A DNA stretch of 64,000 nt from Candidatus Onthoplasma sp. (GTDB lineage: Bacteria; Bacillota; Clostridia; Christensenellales; UBA1242). The stretch spans positions 102,911-166,910 of the forward strand of contig JAZNKB010000006.1 in the NCBI GenBank assembly GCA_045578345.1, read 5' to 3'. The notes under the pieces are model-generated. The model was not told the DNA's origin and searched no databases. It saw nothing but the letters and a program-made list of their open reading frames with translations. Shown here piece by piece: positions 36,798 to 47,151 of the stretch (within the stretch, counting starts at the first letter, position 1; every line of letters begins with the position of its first letter). The position numbers were made by a program, and so were the translations under genes.

Positions 36798-39093
36798 TAC
36801 TGACCAACCATTTCTTTTTGTTTAAAACAATTTCGTTATTTAAAAGTGTTATTAAATAGTCTTTTGGTTTGATTTTCTTGATATCACTAATGATAATATC
36901 ATCTTGATTCGTTATGTAATATTCAATTGTATCAAAATTGAAAACGTCACTATCTTTCACAACTATATTGTCATTTTTATTTTTTATTGTTTCCAATTTC
37001 GATAATCCTTTTGATGTTTGTTTATAGACATTATATTCTTGATTTCTCTTAGTATGAAAACTTAAAATTACACCATATTTGTTTATTTCAATATCTAACT
37101 TAAAATTTTCATCATTAGAAGAAATTTTAGGAATGTTATCACTTTTAAAATAATCATAAGATATATATCTTTCAACGGAGTGGTTTGGTTGCAAAAGAAC
37201 TTGCTGATTTTCAAGTTCAACAACATCATAACCAACTTTTTGAACTCCTAAAGGAATTTCAAAATCGTTCGGTGGTTTGCTTGTGTATAAATAAGCACAT
37301 ATTTGCTTATTGATTTCAGTTGGTTGACCAGAGCTTAACAAACTTGAATGTAAGGTTTTGTTGTTAACATCAGCAATCCATGTTAAAATAGAATGCTCAG
37401 ATGTGTATGAAATATTATATAGGTCAGTGTTTGCATTTTCAACACTTGCAGTTCCTGTTTTGCTGGCAATTGGCAAATTTAATGAATTAAATTTTTTAGC
37501 AGTCCCTGTCTTTGCACAGTCTTTTAATATATCTGTCAACAAAAAGCAACTTTCAGCGCTCACAACCTGTGTTGAATAATTTTCGTGAGAGTAGATTACA
37601 TTTCCTTTCTCATCCAAAATCTTATTAACAAAACACAAACTTGTATAACGTCCTTGATTGGCAATTGTGTTGTAAGCAGCAAGCAAATCCAACATATTGA
37701 CACCATTTTTAACGGATCCCAAAGCTAAGCTTAAATTTAAATCACTATTTGATATATTGATGCCAAGGTTACTTAACATTTCTTTTGATTTTCTAACTCC
37801 GAGATAGTCTAATGCTTTAACAGCTGGGATGTTAAGTGAATTTGAAAGAGAATCTCTAACTGAAACATAGCCACGATATGTGTTATCTGCATTTTTAGGA
37901 CAAAATCCTGCATAATTTATTTCTTCATCAAGAATTACTGATGCAGGGGACAATATGTTGTGTTCAAAACATGGCAAATACACTGCAAGTGGTTTTAAGG
38001 TGGATGCTGGCTGTCTAGTTAAATTATGTAAATTAAAGCAAGAATTGGCATAATATGCCAAAACATGACCATCTGTGTTGCAAACAACAGACATACTATC
38101 TAAAGTTGAATTTGTTAAATTTTCAGCTGTGTTTAAAACTTCAGAATTTATTTCCTGAATTTGATTTTGAAGATCATCTTGTTTGAATGTTATAATTTGA
38201 TAGTTTTTATTAATTAAATCTCTTTCGGTTATATTTAACAGTCTGCAAGCCTCAAAAATTGCCTCTTTTTCATAATTATTATTTTCTTTTGATTTTGATA
38301 GTTGTATGTCTTGTTTAACTATATCTGCGTATTCATTTTTTGATATATTTCCATTTTGAAACATACTCCTGGCAACAATATTTTTTCTTTTGATTGCATT
38401 TTCGTAATTTGATAGGGGAGAATATAATCCAGGAGATTTGATTAACCCTGCCAAACAGCAAGCCTCATTTAATGTTAAATCTTTGGCAGATTTATCAAAA
38501 TAAATTTTGCTTGCATTTTCAATCCCATAAGCATTTGAACCAAAGTAAATTGTGTTTAAATACATTTCTAAAATCTCATCTTTTGAGAACTTTTTTTCCA
38601 TTTTAACCGATAAAACAACTTCTTTAATTTTTCGAGAATATGTTTTTTCATTCGATAAAAGAGCGTTTTTTACTAGTTGTTGACTAATTGTTGATGCTCC
38701 TTGAGATTTTGATTTCGTGTTTAAATTTACCATTGCTGACTTTAAAATTCTTTTTAAATCAAAACCATTGTGAGAGTAGAAACGTTTATCTTCTATATCA
38801 ATAAAAGCATCCTTAACATATTCTGGAAGTTCATCAATGTCAATAATTGACCTATTAGTGTTGTATAAAGTATTGTCGCTTCCTGTTGCAGAATAGACCT
38901 TAATACCATTGTTTAAGCTGGTTAATTTTTCTATATTCAAGTTATATTTATTGTAAAATACAGTAACAGTACAAACTAAAGAAAGAAACATTATTCCTAT
39001 AATAATTGATAGGACAAGACATATCTTTCTTATTTTTTGGCCAACATTCATCACAATATTATTTGCAAAATTAAATAAATAATTAATAATCAA
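36784..39093 (-). CDS. bifunctional class A penicillin-binding protein (glycosyltransferase/transpeptidase)
   Basis: EDKRFYSHNGFD and RKIKE GT51 motifs; STLKP transpeptidase motif; N-terminal TM. Start uncertain (TTG 39093 or ATG 39051). Confidence 0.9.
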   Translation of the reverse strand: MIINYLFNFANNIVMNVGQKIRKICLVLSIIIGIMFLSLVCTVTVFYNKYNLNIEKLTSLNNGIKVYSATGSDNTLYNTNRSIIDIDELPEYVKDAFIDIEDKRFYSHNGFDLKRILKSAMVNLNTKSKSQGASTISQQLVKNALLSNEKTYSRKIKEVVLSVKMEKKFSKDEILEMYLNTIYFGSNAYGIENASKIYFDKSAKDLTLNEACCLAGLIKSPGLYSPLSNYENAIKRKNIVARSMFQNGNISKNEYADIVKQDIQLSKSKENNNYEKEAIFEACRLLNITERDLINKNYQIITFKQDDLQNQIQEINSEVLNTAENLTNSTLDSMSVVCNTDGHVLAYYANSCFNLHNLTRQPASTLKPLAVYLPCFEHNILSPASVILDEEINYAGFCPKNADNTYRGYVSVRDSLSNSLNIPAVKALDYLGVRKSKEMLSNLGINISNSDLNLSLALGSVKNGVNMLDLLAAYNTIANQGRYTSLCFVNKILDEKGNVIYSHENYSTQVVSAESCFLLTDILKDCAKTGTAKKFNSLNLPIASKTGTASVENANTDLYNISYTSEHSILTWIADVNNKTLHSSLLSSGQPTEINKQICAYLYTSKPPNDFEIPLGVQKVGYDVVELENQQVLLQPNHSVERYISYDYFKSDNIPKISSNDENFKLDIEINKYGVILSFHTKRNQEYNVYKQTSKGLSKLETIKNKNDNIVVKDSDVFNFDTIEYYITNQDDIIISDIKKIKPKDYLITLLNNEIVLNKKKWLVSITPR

Positions 39094-39137
39094 TCAAGTT
39101 CGTATAATCATTTTGATTTTTTTGTGGCGAAAAATAG

Positions 39138-39166
39138 TTGAAAATTATAGGATTTTATATTATAAT
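39138..39166 (+). promoter_or_regulatory. consensus sigma-A promoter placing the TSS at the miaB ATG (leaderless candidate)
   Basis: TTGAAA 39138-39143, 17 nt, TATAAT 39161-39166, 7 nt, ATG 39174. No SD. Confidence 0.55.
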
Positions 39167-39173
39167 ATAAAAC

Positions 39174-40505
39174 ATGAGTAATTATAATGGTAAATTGTAT
39201 CACGTGGTAACATATGGTTGCCAAATGAATGTCCATGAAAGCGAAAAAATTCGTGGCATCTTATATTCATTAGGGATGAATGAAACGGAAGACATTGAAA
39301 AGGCAAATGTCGTTGTTTTTAACACTTGTTGCATTAGAGAAGGAGCGGAAGACCGAGCATACAATAACATTATGGCATTAAGAAAATGGAAAGAAAAAAA
39401 TCCGAATAATGTCATTGTTTTGTGTGGTTGTATGCCACAACAAAAAGATGGAAAATACAACATGAAAAACAAGCTTCCATTTGTTGATATCATTGTTGGA
39501 ACACATAACATCAATTCAATTGGAAAACATCTTCTTGATTTTAGCAAAAACAAACAACGAATTCTTGAAATTTTGGATTCACCAAATGCTTCAATGGATA
39601 TTGAAGGCTGCATAAGAGATGACAAAACTAATGCCTATGTTAACATAATTTATGGTTGCAATAAATTCTGCACATATTGCATTGTTCCATATGTCCGCGG
39701 TAGAGAAAAAAGCAGACCAATTGATGAAATATACAAGGAAGTTAAGGATTTAGTTCAAAATCGAAATTATAAATATATAACATTACTTGGACAGAATGTT
39801 AATTCATATGGTAAAGATTTGGAAGAAAAAACATCCTTTAGTGAATTATTAAGTTATCTTTGCCAAATTGAGGGAGACTTTAAAATTAAGTTTATGACTT
39901 CACATCCAATGGACTTTGGTGATGATTTGATTAAAGTTATGAAAACGGAAACAAAAGTTGCAAAAGCACTTCATTTGCCAGTTCAGTCAGGTAGTAGCGC
40001 AATCTTGAAGAAAATGAACAGACATTATGATTCAAAGCATTACATGAAATTAATTAAAAAAGTTAAACGGGCAATTCCAAACATTTCACTTTCAACTGAT
40101 ATTATCGTAGGCTTTCCTGGAGAAACTGAAAATGATTTTAATAAAACAATGAAACTAATTAAAAAAGTTAAATATGATCAAGTATTTGCTTTTATGTATT
40201 CAAAACGTTCGGGAACTCCAGCAGCAACTTTTGATGACCAAATTGATGAAGAAGTTAAAAACGAAAGAGTTAATAAATTGTTAAGACTCCAAAAAATCAT
40301 TTCTAAAGATATGTTAAACAAGAACATTGGAAAAACATATAACTGTTTAATTAAACATATCAATGGAGTTGCGGTCGGATTAACTGATGGTGGAAAAGAA
40401 ATTTACATTCCAACTTATAAATTTAAAAACCAAAACTATTTTATTGATGTGAAAGTTGAAGAAATCAGAAACCACAAACTTTCAGGAGTTATTGATGAGC
40501 GTTAA
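39174..40505 (+). CDS. miaB: tRNA (i6A37) methylthiotransferase
   Basis: Radical-SAM motif CNKFCTYCIVP; UPF0004 N-terminus; TRAM C-terminus. Confidence 0.93.
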   Translation: MSNYNGKLYHVVTYGCQMNVHESEKIRGILYSLGMNETEDIEKANVVVFNTCCIREGAEDRAYNNIMALRKWKEKNPNNVIVLCGCMPQQKDGKYNMKNKLPFVDIIVGTHNINSIGKHLLDFSKNKQRILEILDSPNASMDIEGCIRDDKTNAYVNIIYGCNKFCTYCIVPYVRGREKSRPIDEIYKEVKDLVQNRNYKYITLLGQNVNSYGKDLEEKTSFSELLSYLCQIEGDFKIKFMTSHPMDFGDDLIKVMKTETKVAKALHLPVQSGSSAILKKMNRHYDSKHYMKLIKKVKRAIPNISLSTDIIVGFPGETENDFNKTMKLIKKVKYDQVFAFMYSKRSGTPAATFDDQIDEEVKNERVNKLLRLQKIISKDMLNKNIGKTYNCLIKHINGVAVGLTDGGKEIYIPTYKFKNQNYFIDVKVEEIRNHKLSGVIDER

Positions 40506-43047
40506 AAAATTATCACCTATGATGACACAATACTTAGCAACTAAAGAGCAATATAAAGATTGCATACTTTTTTATCGCTTAGGTGACTTTTATGAAATGT
40601 TTAATGAAGATGCAGTTGTTGCAAGCAAAGAACTTGATTTAACTTTAACAGGAAAAGATTGTGGAGTGGAAGAACGTGCTCCAATGTGCGGAATTCCTCA
40701 TCACGCATATGAAGGGTATGTTCAAAAACTTCTTGAAAAAGGTTATAAAGTTGCAATATGTGAACAAACTGACAAAATTATTGATAAAGTTATGCAACGT
40801 GAAGTTGTTAGAATCATAACACCAGGTACAGTTGTTGACACAATTATGTTGAATGAAAGCATTAACACATACATTATGTGTGTATTTAAAAACAACAATA
40901 CTATATCTTACGCTTATAGTGACATATCAACTGGCGAAGTATATGTTTCTGAATATACTGGAAAGAATTTAGTTGGTTATATTAACGACCAAATAATTCG
41001 TGTGATGCCAAGCGAAATCATTTGTAATGATGAAGCAAAACTTATTGAAAATGAAATTCCTTGTGTTCAAATTAATGATAGATATAGATTTAATACTTAC
41101 TATAATTGGGCATTTAGCAAAAGCACTGCAGAAAAAAATATAATGCAACAATATAACCTTACTAGTTTAAAAGGTTTTGATTTTGATAAAAAGAATTGTA
41201 TAGCTTCTGTTGGTGCATTGCTGGAATACTTTAAAGAAACTCAAAAAAGAGAGTTAAAGCATTTAAAAATGCCAAAGATTCTACAAGACGAACAATTTAT
41301 GTATGTTGACACCAACACACGACGAAATCTCGAAATTGAACAAACTATGCATGATGGTTCAAAACAAGGTAGTTTACTATGGGTTTTAGATAAAACTGAA
41401 ACAAGTGGTGGTGCAAGAATGTTGCGTTCATGGTTAAGACAACCTCTGCAAAATAAGGCTGCAATCAATTCTCGTTTAAATATGGTGAAAACATTATATT
41501 CAGACGCAATAACAAGAACCAATCTTAAAGATCATTTGTCTAACATACAAGACATTGAAAGACTTGTTGGAAAGATTTCATATGGAATTATAACGCCAAA
41601 GGACTGCTTGGCACTTGCAAATTCTTTGTCTTATGTTCCTTATGTTAAAAATGAGATTTTAAACACAAAGAATTCTCAATTTGCAGAATTAGCAAACAAA
41701 CTTGTTGATGTCAGTGATATTGTTAACTTAATTAATGCAACAATTGATAAAGACGCACCTGCAATTTTAAAAGATGGTGGATATATTAAAAAAGGTTTCA
41801 ACAAATCTTTAGATGTTTTAAGAAGTATGAAACAAGATGCGGAAGACATCATTTTATCAATTCAGGCAAAGGAAAGAGAATTAACTGGAATTAAGAATTT
41901 AAAAGTTGGTTATAATCGCGTTTTTGGATACTATATTGAAGTGAACAAACAATTTAGTGAGCAAGTTCCTTTTCATTATATAAGAAAGCAAACAATTTCA
42001 AATAACGAAAGATATATCACTGAAGAACTTAAAAAGTTTGAAGAGCAAGTTTTAAGCAGTCATGAAAATTCAATCGCTTTGGAACAAGAAATTTTTAATA
42101 AATTAAAAGCTCAATTATTAATGAACTCTCAGATTATGCAAGAAGTTGCCAGCGCTATTTCAACTGTTGACTGTTTATATTCATTAAGTTGTGTGGCTGT
42201 CGCAAATAATTATGTTTGTCCAAATATCACAGAAGATAGAACAATCAATATTGTTGCTGGACGTCATCCAATAATTGAAAAGATTAATAAAAATGATTTT
42301 ATATCCAATGATTGTACACTTAACGATAACAGCCAAAAAACAATAATTTTAACCGGTCCAAACATGGCAGGTAAATCAACATATATGCGACAAGTTGCGT
42401 TGATAACATACATGGCACATATTGGTAGTTTTGTTCCAGCAGAAAGTGCAGATATTTGTTTGGTCGATAGAATTTTCACACGTATAGGAGCGAGTGATGA
42501 TTTAGCAGTTGGACAATCAACATTCATGGTTGAAATGATTGAAGTTGCAAATATTATAAATTTCTGCACAAATAATAGTTTAATCATTTTGGATGAGGTT
42601 GGAAGAGGAACTTCAACTTTTGACGGATTGTCAATTGCTTGGGCTGTGGTTGAATATTTATCTAAAAATTTGAGTGCAAAAACATTATTTGCAACACATT
42701 ATCACGAATTAATGCAATTAGAGAGCCAATACGATGGTGTTAAGAACTATTGCATATCAATTAAGGAAATAGGTGGAAAGCTCGTTTTCTTGCGTAAAAT
42801 AATGCGTGGTAGCGCGACAAAGAGTTATGGCATTGAAGTTGCAAATCTTGCTGGCCTTCCAGCTCAAATAATCAATCGAGCAAAAGAACTCATAAAGGAG
42901 TTTGAAAACGAAAAAGTTGCGCAAAATGATGCAAGTAAAAAAGATAGCGAACTTGTTAATATATTGCAAGAAATAGACATGAACAAAATGTCTCCAATGG
43001 TTGCATTCGACACATTAGCTCACCTTGTTGAAATGGTGAAAAAATAA
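40495..43047 (+). CDS. mutS: DNA mismatch repair protein MutS
   Basis: LSPMMTQYL N-terminus; Walker A GPNMAGKST. ATG 40495 overlaps the miaB stop. Confidence 0.96.
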   Translation: MSVKKLSPMMTQYLATKEQYKDCILFYRLGDFYEMFNEDAVVASKELDLTLTGKDCGVEERAPMCGIPHHAYEGYVQKLLEKGYKVAICEQTDKIIDKVMQREVVRIITPGTVVDTIMLNESINTYIMCVFKNNNTISYAYSDISTGEVYVSEYTGKNLVGYINDQIIRVMPSEIICNDEAKLIENEIPCVQINDRYRFNTYYNWAFSKSTAEKNIMQQYNLTSLKGFDFDKKNCIASVGALLEYFKETQKRELKHLKMPKILQDEQFMYVDTNTRRNLEIEQTMHDGSKQGSLLWVLDKTETSGGARMLRSWLRQPLQNKAAINSRLNMVKTLYSDAITRTNLKDHLSNIQDIERLVGKISYGIITPKDCLALANSLSYVPYVKNEILNTKNSQFAELANKLVDVSDIVNLINATIDKDAPAILKDGGYIKKGFNKSLDVLRSMKQDAEDIILSIQAKERELTGIKNLKVGYNRVFGYYIEVNKQFSEQVPFHYIRKQTISNNERYITEELKKFEEQVLSSHENSIALEQEIFNKLKAQLLMNSQIMQEVASAISTVDCLYSLSCVAVANNYVCPNITEDRTINIVAGRHPIIEKINKNDFISNDCTLNDNSQKTIILTGPNMAGKSTYMRQVALITYMAHIGSFVPAESADICLVDRIFTRIGASDDLAVGQSTFMVEMIEVANIINFCTNNSLIILDEVGRGTSTFDGLSIAWAVVEYLSKNLSAKTLFATHYHELMQLESQYDGVKNYCISIKEIGGKLVFLRKIMRGSATKSYGIEVANLAGLPAQIINRAKELIKEFENEKVAQNDASKKDSELVNILQEIDMNKMSPMVAFDTLAHLVEMVKK

Positions 43048-43058
43048 AAAGAGGAAAA

Positions 43059-44915
43059 ATGGCAATTAATGTTTTAGATAGCATGATAATTAATAGGATT
43101 TCTGCAGGAGAAGTTGTGGAAAGCCCTTTTTCCATTGTTAAAGAACTGATTGATAACTCAATAGATGCAAATTCAACTAAAATCACTGTTGAAATTAGAA
43201 ATGGCGGAATTGATTATATTTGTGTTAAAGACAATGGTAAAGGAATTGATTATGATGATATAATTAAAGCTTTTTTACCTCATGCAACGAGTAAAATTAA
43301 AAATATTGAAGACCTAGAAGAAATCTTAACACTTGGTTTCAGAGGCGAAGCTTTGGCAAGTATTTCAAATGTAAGCCAAACAAACCTTACAACGAAAACA
43401 AAAATTTCAGATTGCGCGTATTCACTTGAGGTTAATGGTGGTGATTTTGGTGAAATTGAAGCAACAATTAGTGAAGATGGCACAAAAATTGAAGTTAACA
43501 ACTTGTTTTTTAACACTCCAGCAAGAAGAAAATTCTTGAAAAAACCAAAACAAGAAGAAAGCCAAATAACAAATATCATTACTCGATATATTCTTGCAAA
43601 TCCAACAATATCTTTTAAATACATTGTAGATGGAAAATTCATCTATCAAACCAATGGCAATTCTTTATTGGATGCAGTATGTTGTGTGTATGGAAGTGAT
43701 ATTACACAAAATCTAACATATATTGAGCGAGAAATTGACAATATTAAACTAAGCGGATATGTGTCAAAAATTGGTTATAGCAAGCCAAACACAACTTATC
43801 AAACATTAATATTAAACAATCGTTATATCATTGATGAAATTGTTTCAAAAGCTGCATATATGGCAAACGAAGAATATTTAATGCCAAGACAATTTCCTAT
43901 GTATATACTAAATTTAAGCATGCCGGCAGTTGATGTTGATGTAAATGTTCATCCAAGCAAAATGAATGTCAAGTTCTCAAATCCAAGCAAAATTTATGAT
44001 TTAGTATATCAAACAATTAGGTCGTCAATATACAATCAGTTAAACCCACAGGAAAAGGTTTTTGACAGCGTTGAAGAAAAACCAGTGGAAGAGAGTTTGA
44101 TTAAAACAGACTTGAGTTCACTGCAAGAAATTGAAATTGAGCCTTTGAAAACAATATTTCCAACTATTTCAAGCAATGTATCACTGAAGCAAGAAAGTTA
44201 TTCACCAGTAACGATCTTTGATTTACCAAAACAAAATAAAGACAGCATAATTGAGTCACAAAAACAAGATGAAAAAGATTTAGAATTAGAGAAAGAACAT
44301 GATACTAAACAAACAAAGCAATATCAAGACATTGATAAACTTCCTGATTTTAAGATTGTGGGTGAAATTTTCAATGAATTTATAATTTTAGAAAAAGGTG
44401 ACAATATGTTCTTGCTCGATTTTCATGCTGGTCATGAACGTTTGAATTATGATAAATTTACCGCAATAGTTGAATCTCGTGGCGTTGTAATCCAAGATTT
44501 ACTTGTTCCATACACACAAGAACTCACAGAAAATGAAATAACATACATTATGAGTCTTAAAGAGAATTTAAACGAATTAGGTTTTGAAATTGACAGATTT
44601 AGTGACAAAAAAGTCATAATTCATTCTATTCCTATGCAACTTAAAGACATAAATCTTAAGAATTTTGTTGATGACTTATTACATGATATGAAGAATATTA
44701 AACCTAGCATTAACAATGAAATAAAGCATTATTTAATGCAAAAAGCATGCAAGAGTAGTGTGAAATCAGGAATGATGCTATCTACTTTTGAAATTCAAGA
44801 ATTACTCAAAAATTTGGATGAAAAACATCCCGTTTTATTGTGTCCGCATGGTAGACCAGTAATCACCGCAGTTTCAAAGAAACAAATTGAAAAATGGTTT
44901 AAGAGGATTGTATGA
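43059..44915 (+). CDS. mutL: DNA mismatch repair protein MutL
   Basis: VVESPFSIVKELIDNSIDA and GFRGEALASI GHKL motifs. Confidence 0.95.
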   Translation: MAINVLDSMIINRISAGEVVESPFSIVKELIDNSIDANSTKITVEIRNGGIDYICVKDNGKGIDYDDIIKAFLPHATSKIKNIEDLEEILTLGFRGEALASISNVSQTNLTTKTKISDCAYSLEVNGGDFGEIEATISEDGTKIEVNNLFFNTPARRKFLKKPKQEESQITNIITRYILANPTISFKYIVDGKFIYQTNGNSLLDAVCCVYGSDITQNLTYIEREIDNIKLSGYVSKIGYSKPNTTYQTLILNNRYIIDEIVSKAAYMANEEYLMPRQFPMYILNLSMPAVDVDVNVHPSKMNVKFSNPSKIYDLVYQTIRSSIYNQLNPQEKVFDSVEEKPVEESLIKTDLSSLQEIEIEPLKTIFPTISSNVSLKQESYSPVTIFDLPKQNKDSIIESQKQDEKDLELEKEHDTKQTKQYQDIDKLPDFKIVGEIFNEFIILEKGDNMFLLDFHAGHERLNYDKFTAIVESRGVVIQDLLVPYTQELTENEITYIMSLKENLNELGFEIDRFSDKKVIIHSIPMQLKDINLKNFVDDLLHDMKNIKPSINNEIKHYLMQKACKSSVKSGMMLSTFEIQELLKNLDEKHPVLLCPHGRPVITAVSKKQIEKWFKRIV

Positions 44916-45805
44916 CAAAAGTTGTTATAATAACAGGTTTAACTGGTTCAGGAAAAAGTGGTTTGGCAATTAAGATTGCTAAGGAATTAAATGGAGAAAT
45001 TATTTCTGCTGACAGTGTTCAAATTTATAAAGGATTAGACATTGGCAGTGCAAAGGAAGATAAAGCAACAATGGATAAAATTCCTCATCATTTAATTGAT
45101 ATAAAAGAGTTTAACGAAACATATAACGTTGGAGAATTTATCTTAGACACGGAAAAAGCTCTAAAATCAATCATTTCAAGGGGCAAAACGCCAATTATTG
45201 TTGGTGGCACAGGAATGTATGTAAAAGCTTTAATTGAAGGCTTTTCTTTAGGTGGGACAAATGCAAATCCAATACTGCGTGATACATATCAAAAATTGGC
45301 TCAAAATGAAGGAAATATTGCTGTTTGGAATGTTTTAAATTCAATGAATTCTGAACTCGCCAAAACTGTTCATCCAAACAATTTAAAAAGAGTTATTAGA
45401 TATATTGAAATTGAAACCAACCAAGAAACGCTCACTAAAACAGATAGCATTTTAAAAGATTATGACGTATTAAGTGTTGGTATTGTTGCTGATAGAGAAC
45501 AAATATATCAAAAAATAAATGAACGTGTGGACAAGATGATTGATTTGGGACTAGAAAATGAAATCAAAAATCTAATAAATCTTGGTGCAACACGAGATAT
45601 GCAAGCTTTCCATTCAATTGGATATCAAGAGTGGTTTGATTATTTTGAAGGAAAAACGGACAAGCAAACAACCATAGATTTAATTAAACAGCATACAAGA
45701 AATTATTGTAAACGACAATTAACATTCTTAAAAACGATTAAACAACTAGATTTGTGTGATTTATCACAAGCAGAAGAAAAAATAAGGAGTTTTTTAAATG
45801 ATTAG
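44912..45805 (+). CDS. miaA: tRNA dimethylallyltransferase
   Basis: P-loop GLTGSGKS; VQIYKGLDIGSAK. Confidence 0.94.
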   Translation: MTKVVIITGLTGSGKSGLAIKIAKELNGEIISADSVQIYKGLDIGSAKEDKATMDKIPHHLIDIKEFNETYNVGEFILDTEKALKSIISRGKTPIIVGGTGMYVKALIEGFSLGGTNANPILRDTYQKLAQNEGNIAVWNVLNSMNSELAKTVHPNNLKRVIRYIEIETNQETLTKTDSILKDYDVLSVGIVADREQIYQKINERVDKMIDLGLENEIKNLINLGATRDMQAFHSIGYQEWFDYFEGKTDKQTTIDLIKQHTRNYCKRQLTFLKTIKQLDLCDLSQAEEKIRSFLND

Positions 45806-47036
45806 CATTGATAAAACAGCACTTGAAATTATCAATTCAAGCGAAAATTTATGTGTAGAAAAATTTAAAGAAATTGAAGAAATTGAATTCTATAATCAAT
45901 TAAAAGTTTTAAATGCTTTCAACAAACATGAAATTCAATCATATCATTTCATAGGAAGTACTGGATATGGTCATAATGATATAGGGAAAGATAAAATTTC
46001 TCAAGTTTTTGCAACCATTTTTAACACTGAAGATGCTTTTGTGAGCCCACTCATTAGTTGCGGAACTGAAGCAATTAGCCAATCATTGTTTGGAATTTTG
46101 CGACCAAACGACACAATGCTATGCATCTCAGGAACACCATATGACACCTTGAAAAATATCATATATGGAGTGGAGGGGAAAGACATTGGTTCACTTAAGG
46201 ATTACAACATTCATTATGACGAAGTTGAATTAGTGAATAATGATTTTGACATTCCTGAAATATTACAAAAAATTAAAGAATTAAACCCTAAAATGTTGTA
46301 TATTCAACGTTCACGTGGCTATTCGTTGAGAAATGCACTAAATATAGCACAAATTGAACGCGTTATCAAAGCAGTTAGAGAAGTTACTAACGCATATATT
46401 GTTGTTGACAATTGCTATGGTGAATTCACTGAAAAATTGGAACCAACAGATGTTGGAGCAGATTTAGTCATTGGTTCGCTACTAAAAAACATGGGCGGTG
46501 GAATTGCGCCAACTGGTGGCTATATTGCAGGGAAAAGTGAATTAGTTGAGCTTATTTCTTACAAGATGATGAGCCCTGCGCTTGGAGTAGATAATGGTTC
46601 TTATGAACCAGGCTATAAAGCCTTTTTTGAGGGAGTTTTTGTGTCACCGCACGTGGTTGCTCAAGCAAAAAAATTAGTTGTGCTCACAAGCGCCGTTATG
46701 CAAAATTTAGGCTATAAAACAGTTCCAAACCTTAATGAAACTTTATCAGATATCGTTTGTTGCATTAAGTTTAATGATAAAGATAAATTGGTGGAATTTA
46801 CACGCGCAATACAATATTCAAGCGCAATTGATAGCAACACAACATTAGTTGCTGGTGAAATGGACGGTTACGAAGATAAAATCATTATGGCAAGTGGAAG
46901 CTTCAATCAGGGAAGTTCAATTGAACTAAGTTGTGACGGACCTATGAGAGAACCATATGCAGGTTTCTTACAAGGTTGCTTAAGCTATCAACATGGAAAG
47001 ATTGGACTAATGAATGCAATAAAAACATTATTATAA
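45798..47036 (+). CDS. ynbB: YnbB-type PLP-dependent protein (aluminium-resistance family)
   Basis: STGYGHNDIGKD and VDNCYGEF segments match B. subtilis YnbB as I recall it. Confidence 0.8.
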   Translation: MISIDKTALEIINSSENLCVEKFKEIEEIEFYNQLKVLNAFNKHEIQSYHFIGSTGYGHNDIGKDKISQVFATIFNTEDAFVSPLISCGTEAISQSLFGILRPNDTMLCISGTPYDTLKNIIYGVEGKDIGSLKDYNIHYDEVELVNNDFDIPEILQKIKELNPKMLYIQRSRGYSLRNALNIAQIERVIKAVREVTNAYIVVDNCYGEFTEKLEPTDVGADLVIGSLLKNMGGGIAPTGGYIAGKSELVELISYKMMSPALGVDNGSYEPGYKAFFEGVFVSPHVVAQAKKLVVLTSAVMQNLGYKTVPNLNETLSDIVCCIKFNDKDKLVEFTRAIQYSSAIDSNTTLVAGEMDGYEDKIIMASGSFNQGSSIELSCDGPMREPYAGFLQGCLSYQHGKIGLMNAIKTLL

Positions 47037-47040
47037 TTAA

Positions 47041-47064
47041 AGGTGTCTTTTGACATCTTTTTTC
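47041..47064 (+). terminator. rho-independent terminator
   Basis: AGGTGTC/GACATCT stem plus T6. Confidence 0.65.
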
Positions 47065-47151
47065 TTGTGTTGACGACTAAATTGATAGGGTGGATTAGAA
47101 AAGATAAAGCAAATTTATAAGAAAATGCTTATAAGTTTATTAATATTTATA

